DNA of 63,004 nt from an uncultured Nitrospirota bacterium (GTDB lineage: Bacteria > Nitrospirota > Nitrospiria > JACRHA01): the NCBI GenBank assembly GCA_964481895.1, contig CAYZUL010000002.1, forward strand, positions 26,347 through 89,350, written 5' to 3'. The notes beneath the pieces were generated by a model. The model searched no databases. It worked only from the letters and a program-made list of their open reading frames with translations, and was not told where the DNA came from. The translations under genes and the position numbers were made by a program. The first letter of the stretch is position 1; each line of letters begins with the position of its first letter. Shown piece by piece: positions 1 to 9,191 of the stretch.

Positions 1-45
1 TCCGGCTTTGCCGGTGGAGGGGGCGACGCAAGCCCCTTAAAACAT

Positions 46-546
46 ATGCATATCATAATTGACGGATACAACCTGATCGGCATAAAAGGGCGGATGTGGG
101 CAGACCTTGAGCCCCAGAGGGAGAGTCTGCTTCTTGACCTTGAAAGATATCAGAGGATAAAGGGAAACCCTGTCACAGTTGTCTTTGATGGATGGAGATC
201 AGCCCTTTCGATAGAGAGCGAGGAGAGGATAAAGGGCATAAAGGTGATCTTTACAAGGGCAGGTGAAAAGGCTGATCAGGTGATAAACAGGATTGCAGAG
301 GAGATGGGGAATAGATGCGTAGTGGTTTCATCTGACAGGGAGGTCTCCTCGTATGCCAGATCACAGGGGGCGGCTACTATGAGTTCAGGCGAGTTTGATG
401 AGAGGCTAAAGCTTGCCATTTTAATGAGCGGGCATCCGGAGCAGAAGGATGAAGAGGATAGTGCCCCGACTCAGCAGAAGAAAGGAAATCCGAGGAAACT
501 TCCGAAGTCCGAGAGAAGGAGGAGACAGAGGCTCAAGGGCCTGTAA
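46..546 (+). CDS. NYN/YacP-like (PIN-like) domain protein, predicted RNA-binding/ribonuclease
   Basis: 166-aa ORF. The N-terminus MHIIIDGYNLIG and the block VTVVFDG fit the YacP-like NYN pattern. The C-terminal tail is Arg/Lys-rich. The frame stays open to the window edge, so the start at 46 is assumed from the family-typical N-terminus. Confidence 0.7.
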   Translation: MHIIIDGYNLIGIKGRMWADLEPQRESLLLDLERYQRIKGNPVTVVFDGWRSALSIESEERIKGIKVIFTRAGEKADQVINRIAEEMGNRCVVVSSDREVSSYARSQGAATMSSGEFDERLKLAILMSGHPEQKDEEDSAPTQQKKGNPRKLPKSERRRRQRLKGL

Positions 547-576
547 AAGGCAAATAGGTATCACAAGATCCGGCTA

Positions 577-606
577 TTGAATCTATTACATGAAGTATGG
601 TATAAA
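577..606 (+). promoter_or_regulatory. Candidate sigma70-type promoter for tRNA-Cys
   Basis: TTGAAT (577-582), an 18-nt spacer, then TGgTATAAA (extended -10, TATAAA at 601-606). It ends 9 nt upstream of the mature tRNA 5' end at 616. Confidence 0.35.
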
Positions 607-615
607 GAGACCGTC

Positions 616-690
<75 letters not shown>

Positions 691-691
691 G

Positions 692-2593
692 TTAATCCAG
701 TGCTGAATCTATCTTTTCAGGTATTGCCCCTGTCATACTATTACAATACGTTGCCCCATTCAGGCCAACCGGCTGGTAGGTAGGTACTATCTCCTGGAGC
801 TGTTTTATAATAGCCTTAGATTCCCCCCTTACCGTTAACCCTTCCAGTTTAGATATATTTTCAAGCAGGAAGTCTAGCCCTGGCAACCATCCAGGAAATA
901 CACGGTTGATCCCCCTTACTGAAGAGGGCTTCACAGCCTCGTCATTCCCAACAGTCTCTTCATAAAGTTTCTCTCCGGGACGAAGCCCGACAAACAAGAT
1001 TGGGATCTCTTTTCCCGGTACGAAGCCTGAGAGTTGGATCAGGGTGTGGGCCATGTCCACTATCTTTATCTGCTCCCCCATCTCAAGCACAAAGACCTCA
1101 CCACCCTTGGCGATGGCCGCTGCATGGAGGACAAGGTGTACTGCCTCCGATATCAGCATGAAGTATCGCTTCACCTCCGGATGGGTTACGGTTACAGGTC
1201 CGCCGGCCCTGATCTGCTCAACAAAACGTGGGACCACGCTGCCGTTGCTCCCAAGGACATTTCCAAACCGTACCGCAAAAAATATACCATATCCGGCTTG
1301 ATTCATCCCTTGAACAAGAAATTCACCTACCCGTTTTGTCGCCCCCATTACGCTGGTGGGATTCACTGCCTTATCAGTTGAGACCAGGATAAATCTCTGG
1401 ATTCCATGCCGACTTGCAGCCTCGGTCATGATCTTGGTACCAAGGATATTGTTTTTCACCGCCTCATATGGGTTTAACTCCATCAGGGGTACATGCTTGT
1501 GGGCTGCGGCATGGAAGATAATCTCCGGCCGGTACTTTGCCAGTATGGAATTCACCCTGTTCAGATCGGTTACATCACCGACAATAGAATGGATCTGGCA
1601 TGAATCGTTTTTTGATAATAACTCATTGTCCACGGTATACAGCCCATTCTCATATCGTTCATAAAGGAGCAAAGATGCAGGTTTTAATGCTGCAATTTGT
1701 CTGCATAGTTCTGAACCTATAGATCCGCCTGCTCCGGTAACCATGATACACTTGCCTTCAATCAGATGCCTGACAGGCTCCGGGTCGAGCTCCACAGGTG
1801 CCCTGTCCAACAGGTCTTCTATGGAGAGATTCCGGATCTGGCCAACGGTAACCTTCCCGTTCAGGACATCCCGGAGATTAGGCAGTGTCTTGATCGGCAC
1901 CTTAAATGATTCCAGGGCCTTCACAATCTGTCTGGTTTCGGCTGGTCCTATACGGGGCATTGCAATCAGTACGGTATCGGGTGTATGTTTCTTAAAGATC
2001 GTTGGCAGATCGTACCTTGTGCCCAGCACCTTGATCCCATGGATCCTCCGCCCTACCTTGGTAGCATCATCATCCACGAACCCTATAGGCTGGGCGTTAT
2101 AGAAGGGACTATGCCCTATCTCCCTGACTATCATCTCCCCGGCATCCCCCGCACCGAATATCAGCAGCCGCTGACCCAAATCGCGATGCCAGATCTCTTT
2201 ACAGATTCGCCGGACCATGCGGATGCCACCCATAAAGATAATCAGCAGGATTGTATCTATAATGAACACCGATCGGGGATATCCTGTCGATTTAAAACCA
2301 AAATGGACCAGAGAATAGAATAAAAGCGTGCTGATGACTACCCCAAGGATAATATTTTTTAAATCCCAGATACCTGTGTAGCGCCAAAGCCCCTCGTAGA
2401 GCCGGAAGGGCATAAAAGTGAGCCCCCGGATTAACATGAGCCAGAGGAGCATCTGACCAAAGAGCCTTTGTGTATCAGTAGGGATTGCACCGTCAAATCT
2501 TAGCCAGAATGCCAAATAATTGGCGAAGAGGATAAGAACCATGTGAACAGCCAGAATGATCGGCCGGCGGCATCTCTTTATGAATTGAACCAT
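692..2593 (-). CDS. Membrane-anchored nucleotide-sugar 4,6-dehydratase, CapD/WbpM/PglF family (Polysacc_synt_2)
   Basis: 633 aa. N-terminal TM helices, two Rossmann motifs (IFGAGDAG and VTGAGGSIGSEL) and STDKAVNPTSVMGATKR, typical of CapD/WbpM. ATG start at 2593. Confidence 0.9.
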   Translation of the reverse strand: MVQFIKRCRRPIILAVHMVLILFANYLAFWLRFDGAIPTDTQRLFGQMLLWLMLIRGLTFMPFRLYEGLWRYTGIWDLKNIILGVVISTLLFYSLVHFGFKSTGYPRSVFIIDTILLIIFMGGIRMVRRICKEIWHRDLGQRLLIFGAGDAGEMIVREIGHSPFYNAQPIGFVDDDATKVGRRIHGIKVLGTRYDLPTIFKKHTPDTVLIAMPRIGPAETRQIVKALESFKVPIKTLPNLRDVLNGKVTVGQIRNLSIEDLLDRAPVELDPEPVRHLIEGKCIMVTGAGGSIGSELCRQIAALKPASLLLYERYENGLYTVDNELLSKNDSCQIHSIVGDVTDLNRVNSILAKYRPEIIFHAAAHKHVPLMELNPYEAVKNNILGTKIMTEAASRHGIQRFILVSTDKAVNPTSVMGATKRVGEFLVQGMNQAGYGIFFAVRFGNVLGSNGSVVPRFVEQIRAGGPVTVTHPEVKRYFMLISEAVHLVLHAAAIAKGGEVFVLEMGEQIKIVDMAHTLIQLSGFVPGKEIPILFVGLRPGEKLYEETVGNDEAVKPSSVRGINRVFPGWLPGLDFLLENISKLEGLTVRGESKAIIKQLQEIVPTYQPVGLNGATYCNSMTGAIPEKIDSALD

Positions 2594-2638
2594 GATAGAT
2601 CCCCTATCTAAAGCTGTCCGTAAATTGCCTTAATGACT

Positions 2639-2668
2639 GTCATATTTTCCAGTTCCTCTTTATGTCAA
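2639..2668 (-). promoter_or_regulatory. Weak candidate sigma70 promoter upstream of the capD-like gene
   Basis: Minus strand reads TTGACA (2668-2663), an 18-nt spacer, then TATGAC (2644-2639). An AGGGGA Shine-Dalgarno-like element lies upstream of the ATG at 2593. The -10 box is poor. Confidence 0.25.
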
Positions 2669-2693
2669 GCAATACTCAGGCCAATTGCTTGAC
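2664..2693. repeat. Perfect 10-bp inverted repeat with a 10-nt spacer
   Basis: GTCAAGCAAT (2664-2673), actcaggcca, ATTGCTTGAC (2684-2693). It overlaps the TTGACA box of the candidate promoter. Confidence 0.8.
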
Positions 2694-2911
2694 TTTAACA
2701 TTTCTTTGAAATCCAAGGTTTATGTTGGCCCTGATAAGATACTTTTGAAATTCGGATTGATATCTGCGATATCGATATGTACAAGCTAACTTATTGTCCT
2801 ATAGTCAATTTCTTGTCCTTGCAAATCATTCGGCGTATAATCCTGCTTCGAATTTTTTGTCGCTTACTCTATCTTACCCCGATCTGCACAGGAATCGACG
2901 GAAGGAGACCT

Positions 2912-3472
2912 TCAATGTTTCACCCCTTCGCTGCGCACGACCTTGAAAAAAGTCAGCGTCAATATTTTGAGATCGAAAATGAACGATCGATGATTTAAAT
3001 AAAATTCGTCTAATTCGACTTTAACAGGAATGGGAAGATCATCGCGTCCATTGATCTGCGCCCATCCGGTAAGGCCTGGGACCAGCCTATGAATTCCCTT
3101 CTGAGTTCTAAGTTCAATTAAATCATTCTGATTAAAAAGAGCCGGTCTTGGCCCTACAAAACTGATGTCACCATTTAAAATACTAAAAAGCTGAGGAAAT
3201 TCATCCAGGCTTGTTTTCCTTAAATAACCTCCAATCGGAGTGACATATCTTTCAGGATCTCTTAAAAGGTGGGTCGCTACAGCGGGCGTATCCACTCTCA
3301 TTGTGCGGAATTTTGGCATCTTAAAGATTGTATTATTGATCCCCACACGATCCGACCAGTAAAAAATAGGTCCCCGAGATGTGAGTTTAACCAACAAGGC
3401 AATGATCAACAATGGAATGAAAAGGAAAACAATCAGTATCAAACTCATTACAAGGTCAAATATGCGCTTCAT
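2912..3472 (-). CDS. Small (PglC/WbfU-like) polyprenyl-phosphate sugar-1-phosphate transferase (Bac_transf)
   Basis: MKRIFDLVMSLILIVFLFIPLLIIALLVKLTSRGPIFY ... KFRTM ... LDEFPQLFSILNGDISFVGPRP. The tracked ORF extends to 3574, but that start is TTG and adds 34 non-family residues. The ATG at 3472 gives the family-typical N-terminus. Confidence 0.85.
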   Translation of the reverse strand: MKRIFDLVMSLILIVFLFIPLLIIALLVKLTSRGPIFYWSDRVGINNTIFKMPKFRTMRVDTPAVATHLLRDPERYVTPIGGYLRKTSLDEFPQLFSILNGDISFVGPRPALFNQNDLIELRTQKGIHRLVPGLTGWAQINGRDDLPIPVKVELDEFYLNHRSFIFDLKILTLTFFKVVRSEGVKH

Positions 3473-3582
3473 CGCCTGTATTGTGGAAATTGGGAAGTTA
3501 AGAGGATAAGAGGATAACAGAATAAGAAGATGACAAAATGAGAAGCTTTCCTCACTGATGTATTTACAAGCCAAACAAAAGT

Positions 3583-4455
3583 TTAACCAGCTTTGTGTCT
3601 GTATAATATAACCTCTTTCGTAATTCCTTCCTGGAACGAAATAGGATTGAAACCAAAAATATTTTTAGCGGCGGAATGGTCAAAGTCTTTATTCTCGTTT
3701 AAACGCATGATCTGCTCACTTTTTATCAGCGGCTTTGCGGACAGTTTTTCATATAACCTAAAAGCATATAGAGAAGGCTTGAAAGGTATATATATCTTCA
3801 CAACCTTTTTATCAAGCGCACCGGCGGTTAAATCAACAAGCTCATTGTATGTATGGGGGAATTTACCGCTAATATTAAACTCTTTTTTGATTGTTTCATC
3901 GATAAACAAAACAGCAACAATAGATTCGGCTACGTCTTTCACATGAACGGGCTGCTGTAAATAGTCACCTGATCCGAATACGGGAATCAATGGAGAACGG
4001 GCGATGAACCTGATAAGCCATATCATGTTGCGGTCATCAGGCGCTCCGTAAATCATTGTAGGGCGCAATATGGTCCAATTTAGATTGGATGCGTTGATAC
4101 GATCTTCCGCCTCCTGCCGCAATGATTTTGAATCGGCATTCAACTGTGTAAACAGGGCTGTTGTACTGATGAAGACAGCTCTCTTTATGCCGCACTCTTC
4201 CGCTGTCTTTACAATTCCCGGGGCATGGCCGAATCCGAGGGAAGCAATATTAATCAGTGCATCACATCCTGTCATAGCATGTTTCAGGCTTTCTAAATCA
4301 GCAAGGTCACCATATGCTATTTCATAACCAAAGTTTGTAATCTTCTGAATGTCGCTCGTAGAACGCACAAAACACCTGACGTCTCCTTTCCCCTTTAGAA
4401 GAGGAAGAACCCTCTGTCCGGTGAAACCCGTGGCGCCTGTGACAAGTATTTTCAT
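3583..4455 (-). CDS. NAD(P)-dependent sugar epimerase/reductase (extended SDR)
   Basis: MKILVTGATGFTGQ Rossmann motif, 290 aa. It sits between the WbuB-like GT and the PglC-like transferase, as in WbfT/WbfU/CapD-type modules. Confidence 0.8.
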   Translation of the reverse strand: MKILVTGATGFTGQRVLPLLKGKGDVRCFVRSTSDIQKITNFGYEIAYGDLADLESLKHAMTGCDALINIASLGFGHAPGIVKTAEECGIKRAVFISTTALFTQLNADSKSLRQEAEDRINASNLNWTILRPTMIYGAPDDRNMIWLIRFIARSPLIPVFGSGDYLQQPVHVKDVAESIVAVLFIDETIKKEFNISGKFPHTYNELVDLTAGALDKKVVKIYIPFKPSLYAFRLYEKLSAKPLIKSEQIMRLNENKDFDHSAAKNIFGFNPISFQEGITKEVILYRHKAG

Positions 4456-4468
4456 TCGCCTTTACCGG

Positions 4469-5698
4469 TTAAGCAGACAGTTTTTCAATTAAATCCAGAT
4501 ATCTTCTTGCAAGCATTTTTCTGTCATAATTTTTTTTAACAAAGGCGCATCCGCTTTGGCCCATTTGACTGCGCTTCCGGGAATCGCCTTTTAATATTTT
4601 TATGGCCCGTACAAGTTCCTCCGGATTTTCAGGCGGAACAACTAAAGCTGCTCCTGATTTCATCAGGATATCGGCAGACTCGCCCCGCAGTGATGCGATA
4701 ATTGGTTTCGCGCAAGCCATGATCTCAAACATCTTGGAGGGAATAAATGTGGAGAAACCGGCAACATCGCGTAAAGGGACCAGGCAGACATCGGACAAGT
4801 GATAGAAACTTACGGCCTTCTCTCTCGGCTGTCCCGGCAGAAAAGTTACGTTTAGCAAATGCCTGCTCTTCGCCGAATTTACCAGAGCCTTTTTTGCAGC
4901 GCCCTCGCCCACGAATAAAAAATGTATATCTCTTTCCGCCTGAATGCTCCCGGCGGCATCGAGGACCTTTTGCAGCCCGTGAGAACTCCCGTGCGCGCCG
5001 ATGTACAAAACAATGAACTTATCTTCGGGAATGCCGAGCTCGGCCCTAAGCTGATTTGTATTTCCTTGACCCGCTTTATATCTATCAAGGTCTACACCAT
5101 TGGTTATCACTTCTATCTTATCATCGGCAATACCTCTCCTTATCATATCTTTAGCAAAACCATTTGTAACCGGAACAACCAATGCAGCTTTGTGGTAAAG
5201 AAAAAGCTCAACAGCTTCGAGCATCTTGATAAGATACCGGTTTCTCAATACGCCAAGCTCAATGAATATACCGGGCCAGAGGTCTCTTACCTCAAAGATG
5301 TAAGGCACACGCCGCAGCCGGGATATTATGAAAGCGCTTATGACCGAGAAAAAATTCGGGGAGCTGACAATGAGGACATCCGGCCGCTCCCCTCTGAAAA
5401 GGCTGAGAAGTATGAGGCTTGCCATAAATGAGAGATGCGCAAATGTTTTTTTGAAAAACCCCTCGTTCGGCGTGGCATAAAGCCAGTGACGCCAAATACG
5501 GACATCATCAACAACCTCTTCCATAAAGATCTTCCCCCGGTATTCAGGCGGGATGATGCCGGTAGGATGATTCGGAAAACCGGTCAACACTGTAACTTCA
5601 TGCCCCTGCTTCACCCATTCCCTTGTCATTTCCGATAAACGCGCCTGAGGGGCGCCAATCTCAGGGGGATAGTAGTGGCATATTAAATTTATTTTCAT
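4469..5698 (-). CDS. GT4 glycosyltransferase, WbuB-like
   Basis: N-terminus ICHYYPPEIGAPQARLSE and the C-terminal GT-B region (VPLRDVAGFSTFIPSKMFEIMACAKPII). Its start overlaps the stop of the upstream radical SAM gene by 4 nt. Confidence 0.8.
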   Translation of the reverse strand: MKINLICHYYPPEIGAPQARLSEMTREWVKQGHEVTVLTGFPNHPTGIIPPEYRGKIFMEEVVDDVRIWRHWLYATPNEGFFKKTFAHLSFMASLILLSLFRGERPDVLIVSSPNFFSVISAFIISRLRRVPYIFEVRDLWPGIFIELGVLRNRYLIKMLEAVELFLYHKAALVVPVTNGFAKDMIRRGIADDKIEVITNGVDLDRYKAGQGNTNQLRAELGIPEDKFIVLYIGAHGSSHGLQKVLDAAGSIQAERDIHFLFVGEGAAKKALVNSAKSRHLLNVTFLPGQPREKAVSFYHLSDVCLVPLRDVAGFSTFIPSKMFEIMACAKPIIASLRGESADILMKSGAALVVPPENPEELVRAIKILKGDSRKRSQMGQSGCAFVKKNYDRKMLARRYLDLIEKLSA

Positions 5699-7137
5699 AG
5701 AGTAAGCCTGGCTTTAACCAGATTAAAAAACATGGAGGTCTTTCTTAACAACCCTCCCTGGCCGTTGGATTTGAACAACCACTCTTTCATGAAAACAGGA
5801 TTCATAAAAAAATACTTTCCGTACCGCGCCTGAAATTTTTTCTTAACAAAAAAGGAGTGCAGGTAATAATACGCATCGAGTATCTCCTTCTCAGTCATGG
5901 TGTCCGTAACCATAACCGGCTTATACTCCTTTAAATACGTAGGTGAAGTGACATAGCGCGACCAATCGGTTATCTTAAGATAGCCCTTTTCTTTAGCCGT
6001 CCTGTAAAGTTCCGTACCGGGGAAAGGGCAGGCAATGGAAATCATTACATCCTCGCCGATGTCCCTCAGAAGCCCTGCGGTCATTTTTACCGATTCCATG
6101 TCTTCACCTAAATTGCCAACCATAGTAAAGGCCCCTATTTGAATGCCTGTTTCCTTTGCCCATTTATGCGCATTAATTATCTGTTCATTGGTGGTACCCT
6201 TTCTGGCGATCCTGCGAACGGCAGGGTTCCCTGATTCAACGCCGACATCAATTCTGATACAGCCGCTTTCTTTCATTTTTTGCAGCATTTCCCTGTCAAT
6301 GGTATTTACCCGTGCGTTTGCCATCCACTTGAATGGAATTCCGCACTCTTTAATCAACCGGCATAATTCAAGGACACGCTCTTTTTTCAAGGTGATCATG
6401 TCATCGACAAAATCAAACTTTGTCATGCCATATTTTCCGTGAAGAAATTCTAATTCAGAGAAAATATTTTGCGCGCTGCGCGCCCTGAAGGCCCTGCCGA
6501 AGATAGTATGAGAATCGCAGAAGATGCAATAATTCGGGCAGCCCCGGCTTGAAAGCAGGGCAAAGGTATCGCCCTCTTCTATTGAAAAAACGGAGTACTT
6601 TTCTACTTTGATTAAATCCCATGCAGGGAAAGGGAGGGACTCCACGTCTTCAATGAGGGGTCTTGCGCCGGTACGGATTATTCCGCCGTTGTCTCTGAAA
6701 CAAATACCGTTAATATGGTGAAAATGTGTCTCGCCTGAATTGACCGTATTAACAAGTTCGAGAAAAGTCATCTCTCCTTCACCAATCACTGAAATATCTA
6801 TTGAAGGACATTCCTTAAGTATTTCTTCAGGAAGTGCTGAGACATGCGGGCCGCCCGCAACAATACAGACAGACTCTAAAGAAGACTTTATTAATTCAGC
6901 CAGACGTAGGCACTCACCGTGTTGATTAGTCATGAATGATATCCCGAGCGCCACGGGATTAAATTCCTTCACGAGTGCGGAGAGCTTTTCATCCGAATAG
7001 TTGTCAACATTCAGGTCCACAATCATGGGATTATACCCTTCTCTTCTCATAAAGGAGGCAAGATAAGCCAGTCCGAGAGGTGGGTTTTTTCTCGGATAAG
7101 TGTACCGGGGATAAATTAAGAGGATGTTGTTATTCAT
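5695..7137 (-). CDS. B12-binding-domain radical SAM enzyme (class B-like), copy 1
   Basis: 480 aa. N-terminal region MNNNILLIYP..PLGLAYLASF..GISFM resembles a cobalamin-binding Rossmann-like domain. SSRGCPNYCIFC is the CxxxCxxC motif. Confidence 0.85.
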   Translation of the reverse strand: MNNNILLIYPRYTYPRKNPPLGLAYLASFMRREGYNPMIVDLNVDNYSDEKLSALVKEFNPVALGISFMTNQHGECLRLAELIKSSLESVCIVAGGPHVSALPEEILKECPSIDISVIGEGEMTFLELVNTVNSGETHFHHINGICFRDNGGIIRTGARPLIEDVESLPFPAWDLIKVEKYSVFSIEEGDTFALLSSRGCPNYCIFCDSHTIFGRAFRARSAQNIFSELEFLHGKYGMTKFDFVDDMITLKKERVLELCRLIKECGIPFKWMANARVNTIDREMLQKMKESGCIRIDVGVESGNPAVRRIARKGTTNEQIINAHKWAKETGIQIGAFTMVGNLGEDMESVKMTAGLLRDIGEDVMISIACPFPGTELYRTAKEKGYLKITDWSRYVTSPTYLKEYKPVMVTDTMTEKEILDAYYYLHSFFVKKKFQARYGKYFFMNPVFMKEWLFKSNGQGGLLRKTSMFFNLVKARLTL

Positions 7138-7142
7138 GAAAA

Positions 7143-8147
7143 TTAAAAGTAACGCAATTTAAAATATACCTTCCAGAGTTGAGAGGTCATTTTGTTCCAG
7201 TTGGACTCAAGGTATGCCTGCCATTTTTTATGGTACTTCAGGAAAACTTTCCTGTCCGTCAGGTTATACATAGCAAGCATCTGGACGGCATGGAGCTTTT
7301 GGTAGTAAATGCTGGAAGGCATGAAAGGCTGTTTTTTATCATATCCCTGCGGCCAGTCATATGAAGTCCAGAATCCAAGGTCATAATTCTCAAGATTCGC
7401 CTCCAGCGTTTTGAGGCATTCTTCCCAAAGATTATGCGCGTGATCATCATTGAAATAAACCGCGTAATCCCTTACCCCCCAGAGAGCCCATATGAAACCA
7501 TTCAGCACATGGTTCGGGGGATTTAAAATATATTCCTCCAGCCAGATAAAGCCGTCCTGATCGTCTAATACGCCTGCTTCATGTTCACGGGCCGAGGAAT
7601 GAAAAGCCTTGTAGCCCTTGTGAGCCATTTCCGCATAAATTTTATTTCCGGTAACCTGGTGCGCCCTTATCAAAACAGAAAGGGCCTGTCCCTGCGCCAG
7701 CGCTGATCTCCATGGGGAGGATAGATAATTCCTCATCTCAAAGGGGAAATTGTATTCCCATAAAATGATACCGTCCCTGACAGCTCTGCCTTTATTTAAA
7801 AAATAATTTGCCTGGGTCAGAAAGGCATCCTCGCCTTTTTGATTATCAAGATATTTATCGAAGTATCCTAATGCCTGCTGCGCTATCGCGTTTGGATTAT
7901 ATTGCAATCCGATGCTCCCATGATAATTGAGCATGATAACACCGTCATCATCACAATGGTTTTTAAAAGCAGTCTTGGCGATGAAGTTCATGGGATAACG
8001 ACGCACACCGGAGATGTCTTCATTATCCAATTCGTTTACTGACAACGGCGTATGCCAGAATGAGAGATTGGAATCACGGCGGTTTAAAATATAGGCATTA
8101 ATGATTCGCGATAAATAAGCCTTCTTGTTTCTCATGGATGCATTCAC
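7143..8147 (-). CDS. D-glucuronyl C5-epimerase-like protein (C5-epim_C-type)
   Basis: WRSALAQGQALSVLIRAH..TGN..Y and VLNGFIWALWGVRDY resemble the conserved blocks of the glucuronyl C5-epimerase C-terminal domain. Confidence 0.55.
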   Translation of the reverse strand: MNASMRNKKAYLSRIINAYILNRRDSNLSFWHTPLSVNELDNEDISGVRRYPMNFIAKTAFKNHCDDDGVIMLNYHGSIGLQYNPNAIAQQALGYFDKYLDNQKGEDAFLTQANYFLNKGRAVRDGIILWEYNFPFEMRNYLSSPWRSALAQGQALSVLIRAHQVTGNKIYAEMAHKGYKAFHSSAREHEAGVLDDQDGFIWLEEYILNPPNHVLNGFIWALWGVRDYAVYFNDDHAHNLWEECLKTLEANLENYDLGFWTSYDWPQGYDKKQPFMPSSIYYQKLHAVQMLAMYNLTDRKVFLKYHKKWQAYLESNWNKMTSQLWKVYFKLRYF

Positions 8148-9191
8148 TTAGAAAATGTCTGAAACTTTCATGCGCTGCAAAGTCTGATCGCCTTCGGTTG
8201 CCAGAGGGGTATAGAAAAGATACTCTGTTTTATTCTCTCCCTGAGGAAATAAAATTTGACCTAATTGAAAATATTTCATGGGCCAGGGGTCTTTTTTGAA
8301 TTTTGCAAGACATTGCCATTCCAAGCCATCGCTGGAACCCCATATACAGGCATGGTTACTGGTGTTAACCTCGCTCGGTTCAATGGCTGTTGAAAAGAAT
8401 AGGCGGTCACCGACCTTGCAGCCCCAGTAAACCGAGCTTTCAACAGATGCAAGCTCTTCTAATTTTCCGGAATTTTTATTAACTCTGTAAATGTAATTTT
8501 TTTCATAAGGAGTGTCTGTGCCGAAATACATATAATCTCTTGTGAAGATAAGTTGAATAGCCCTGTATTGCTGGCTACCGCTGATCACTTCTTCCAGCGT
8601 CTTAAACCGGTCGCATGTAACCCATATGCCGGATTCGCGGTCATCGTCACCTGTGGTCACCCAGATCCGGTTGTCATATGGATCGCAAAAGACACCATGC
8701 ACGTGCCTGATACTATTCTTTTTAAATGTGTAGGCAATATCCCATGACTGTGCATGGTCTGTGGATGTATATATATTTACTTCTTCTCTTCCCGGATTGT
8801 CGAAATATTCTCCCCAGAAAAGGCCGCCGCCCGGCCCTTCACATATAAAGAGCGGCCTTGAGCCTCTTGGAATTGAAAAAGGTTTATTCACATTTCCGTT
8901 GACGGTTTCATATGTCTGAATAGTACGCTTCGCCACAATCAGAGTCTTTCCGTCTTTTAAGACTCTTATGGAATGAACTCCTTTACGCAACAGGCGCGCG
9001 TGTAATCTTGAGTATGCACATGCGCCGCCGTTTAAAGTTGCAGGATACTCCCTCCATGACATGCCGTGATCATCGCTAGTGCAGATCCTGTTGCCAATCT
9101 GGGCATAGACCAACTTATCATTGACATACAGAAATCTTGCCCTCTCCCCATCTATTAATTTATTCGCCAAATCATCCTTTCCGCTCTTCAT
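8148..9191 (-). CDS. Asp-box (BNR) beta-propeller protein, sialidase-like fold, function unknown
   Basis: Three Asp-box-like motifs: SDDHGMSW, STDHAQSW and SSDGLEW. No signal peptide is evident. Its ends abut or overlap both neighbouring genes (8147/8148 and 9188-9191). Confidence 0.5.
   Translation of the reverse strand: MKSGKDDLANKLIDGERARFLYVNDKLVYAQIGNRICTSDDHGMSWREYPATLNGGACAYSRLHARLLRKGVHSIRVLKDGKTLIVAKRTIQTYETVNGNVNKPFSIPRGSRPLFICEGPGGGLFWGEYFDNPGREEVNIYTSTDHAQSWDIAYTFKKNSIRHVHGVFCDPYDNRIWVTTGDDDRESGIWVTCDRFKTLEEVISGSQQYRAIQLIFTRDYMYFGTDTPYEKNYIYRVNKNSGKLEELASVESSVYWGCKVGDRLFFSTAIEPSEVNTSNHACIWGSSDGLEWQCLAKFKKDPWPMKYFQLGQILFPQGENKTEYLFYTPLATEGDQTLQRMKVSDIF

Noticed and set aside
2-37. 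Short hairpins at the window start (CCGGCtttGCCGG and AGGGGCgacgcaaGCCCCT), considered as a terminator of an upstream gene.
   Set aside because: The stems are short (5-6 bp) with no following T tract, and the region is in frame with the NYN ORF. The context is cut off by the window edge.
1034-2323. Several plus-strand ORFs (1034-1381, 1044-1301, 1356-1664, 1743-2102, 1985-2323) lie opposite the capD-like gene. Similar plus-strand ORFs occur throughout the window, for example 4922-5431, 29167-29544, 35877-36404, 49969-50319, 51382-51762 and 52090-52473.
   Set aside because: All are antisense shadows of well-supported minus-strand genes. They have low-complexity or odd composition, no recognisable motifs and no ribosome-binding sites.
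3473-3574. A 34-codon N-terminal extension of the PglC-like ORF in the supplied track.
   Set aside because: The tracked start is TTG. The extension has no family counterpart, and the internal ATG at 3472 gives the canonical MKRIFD N-terminus.
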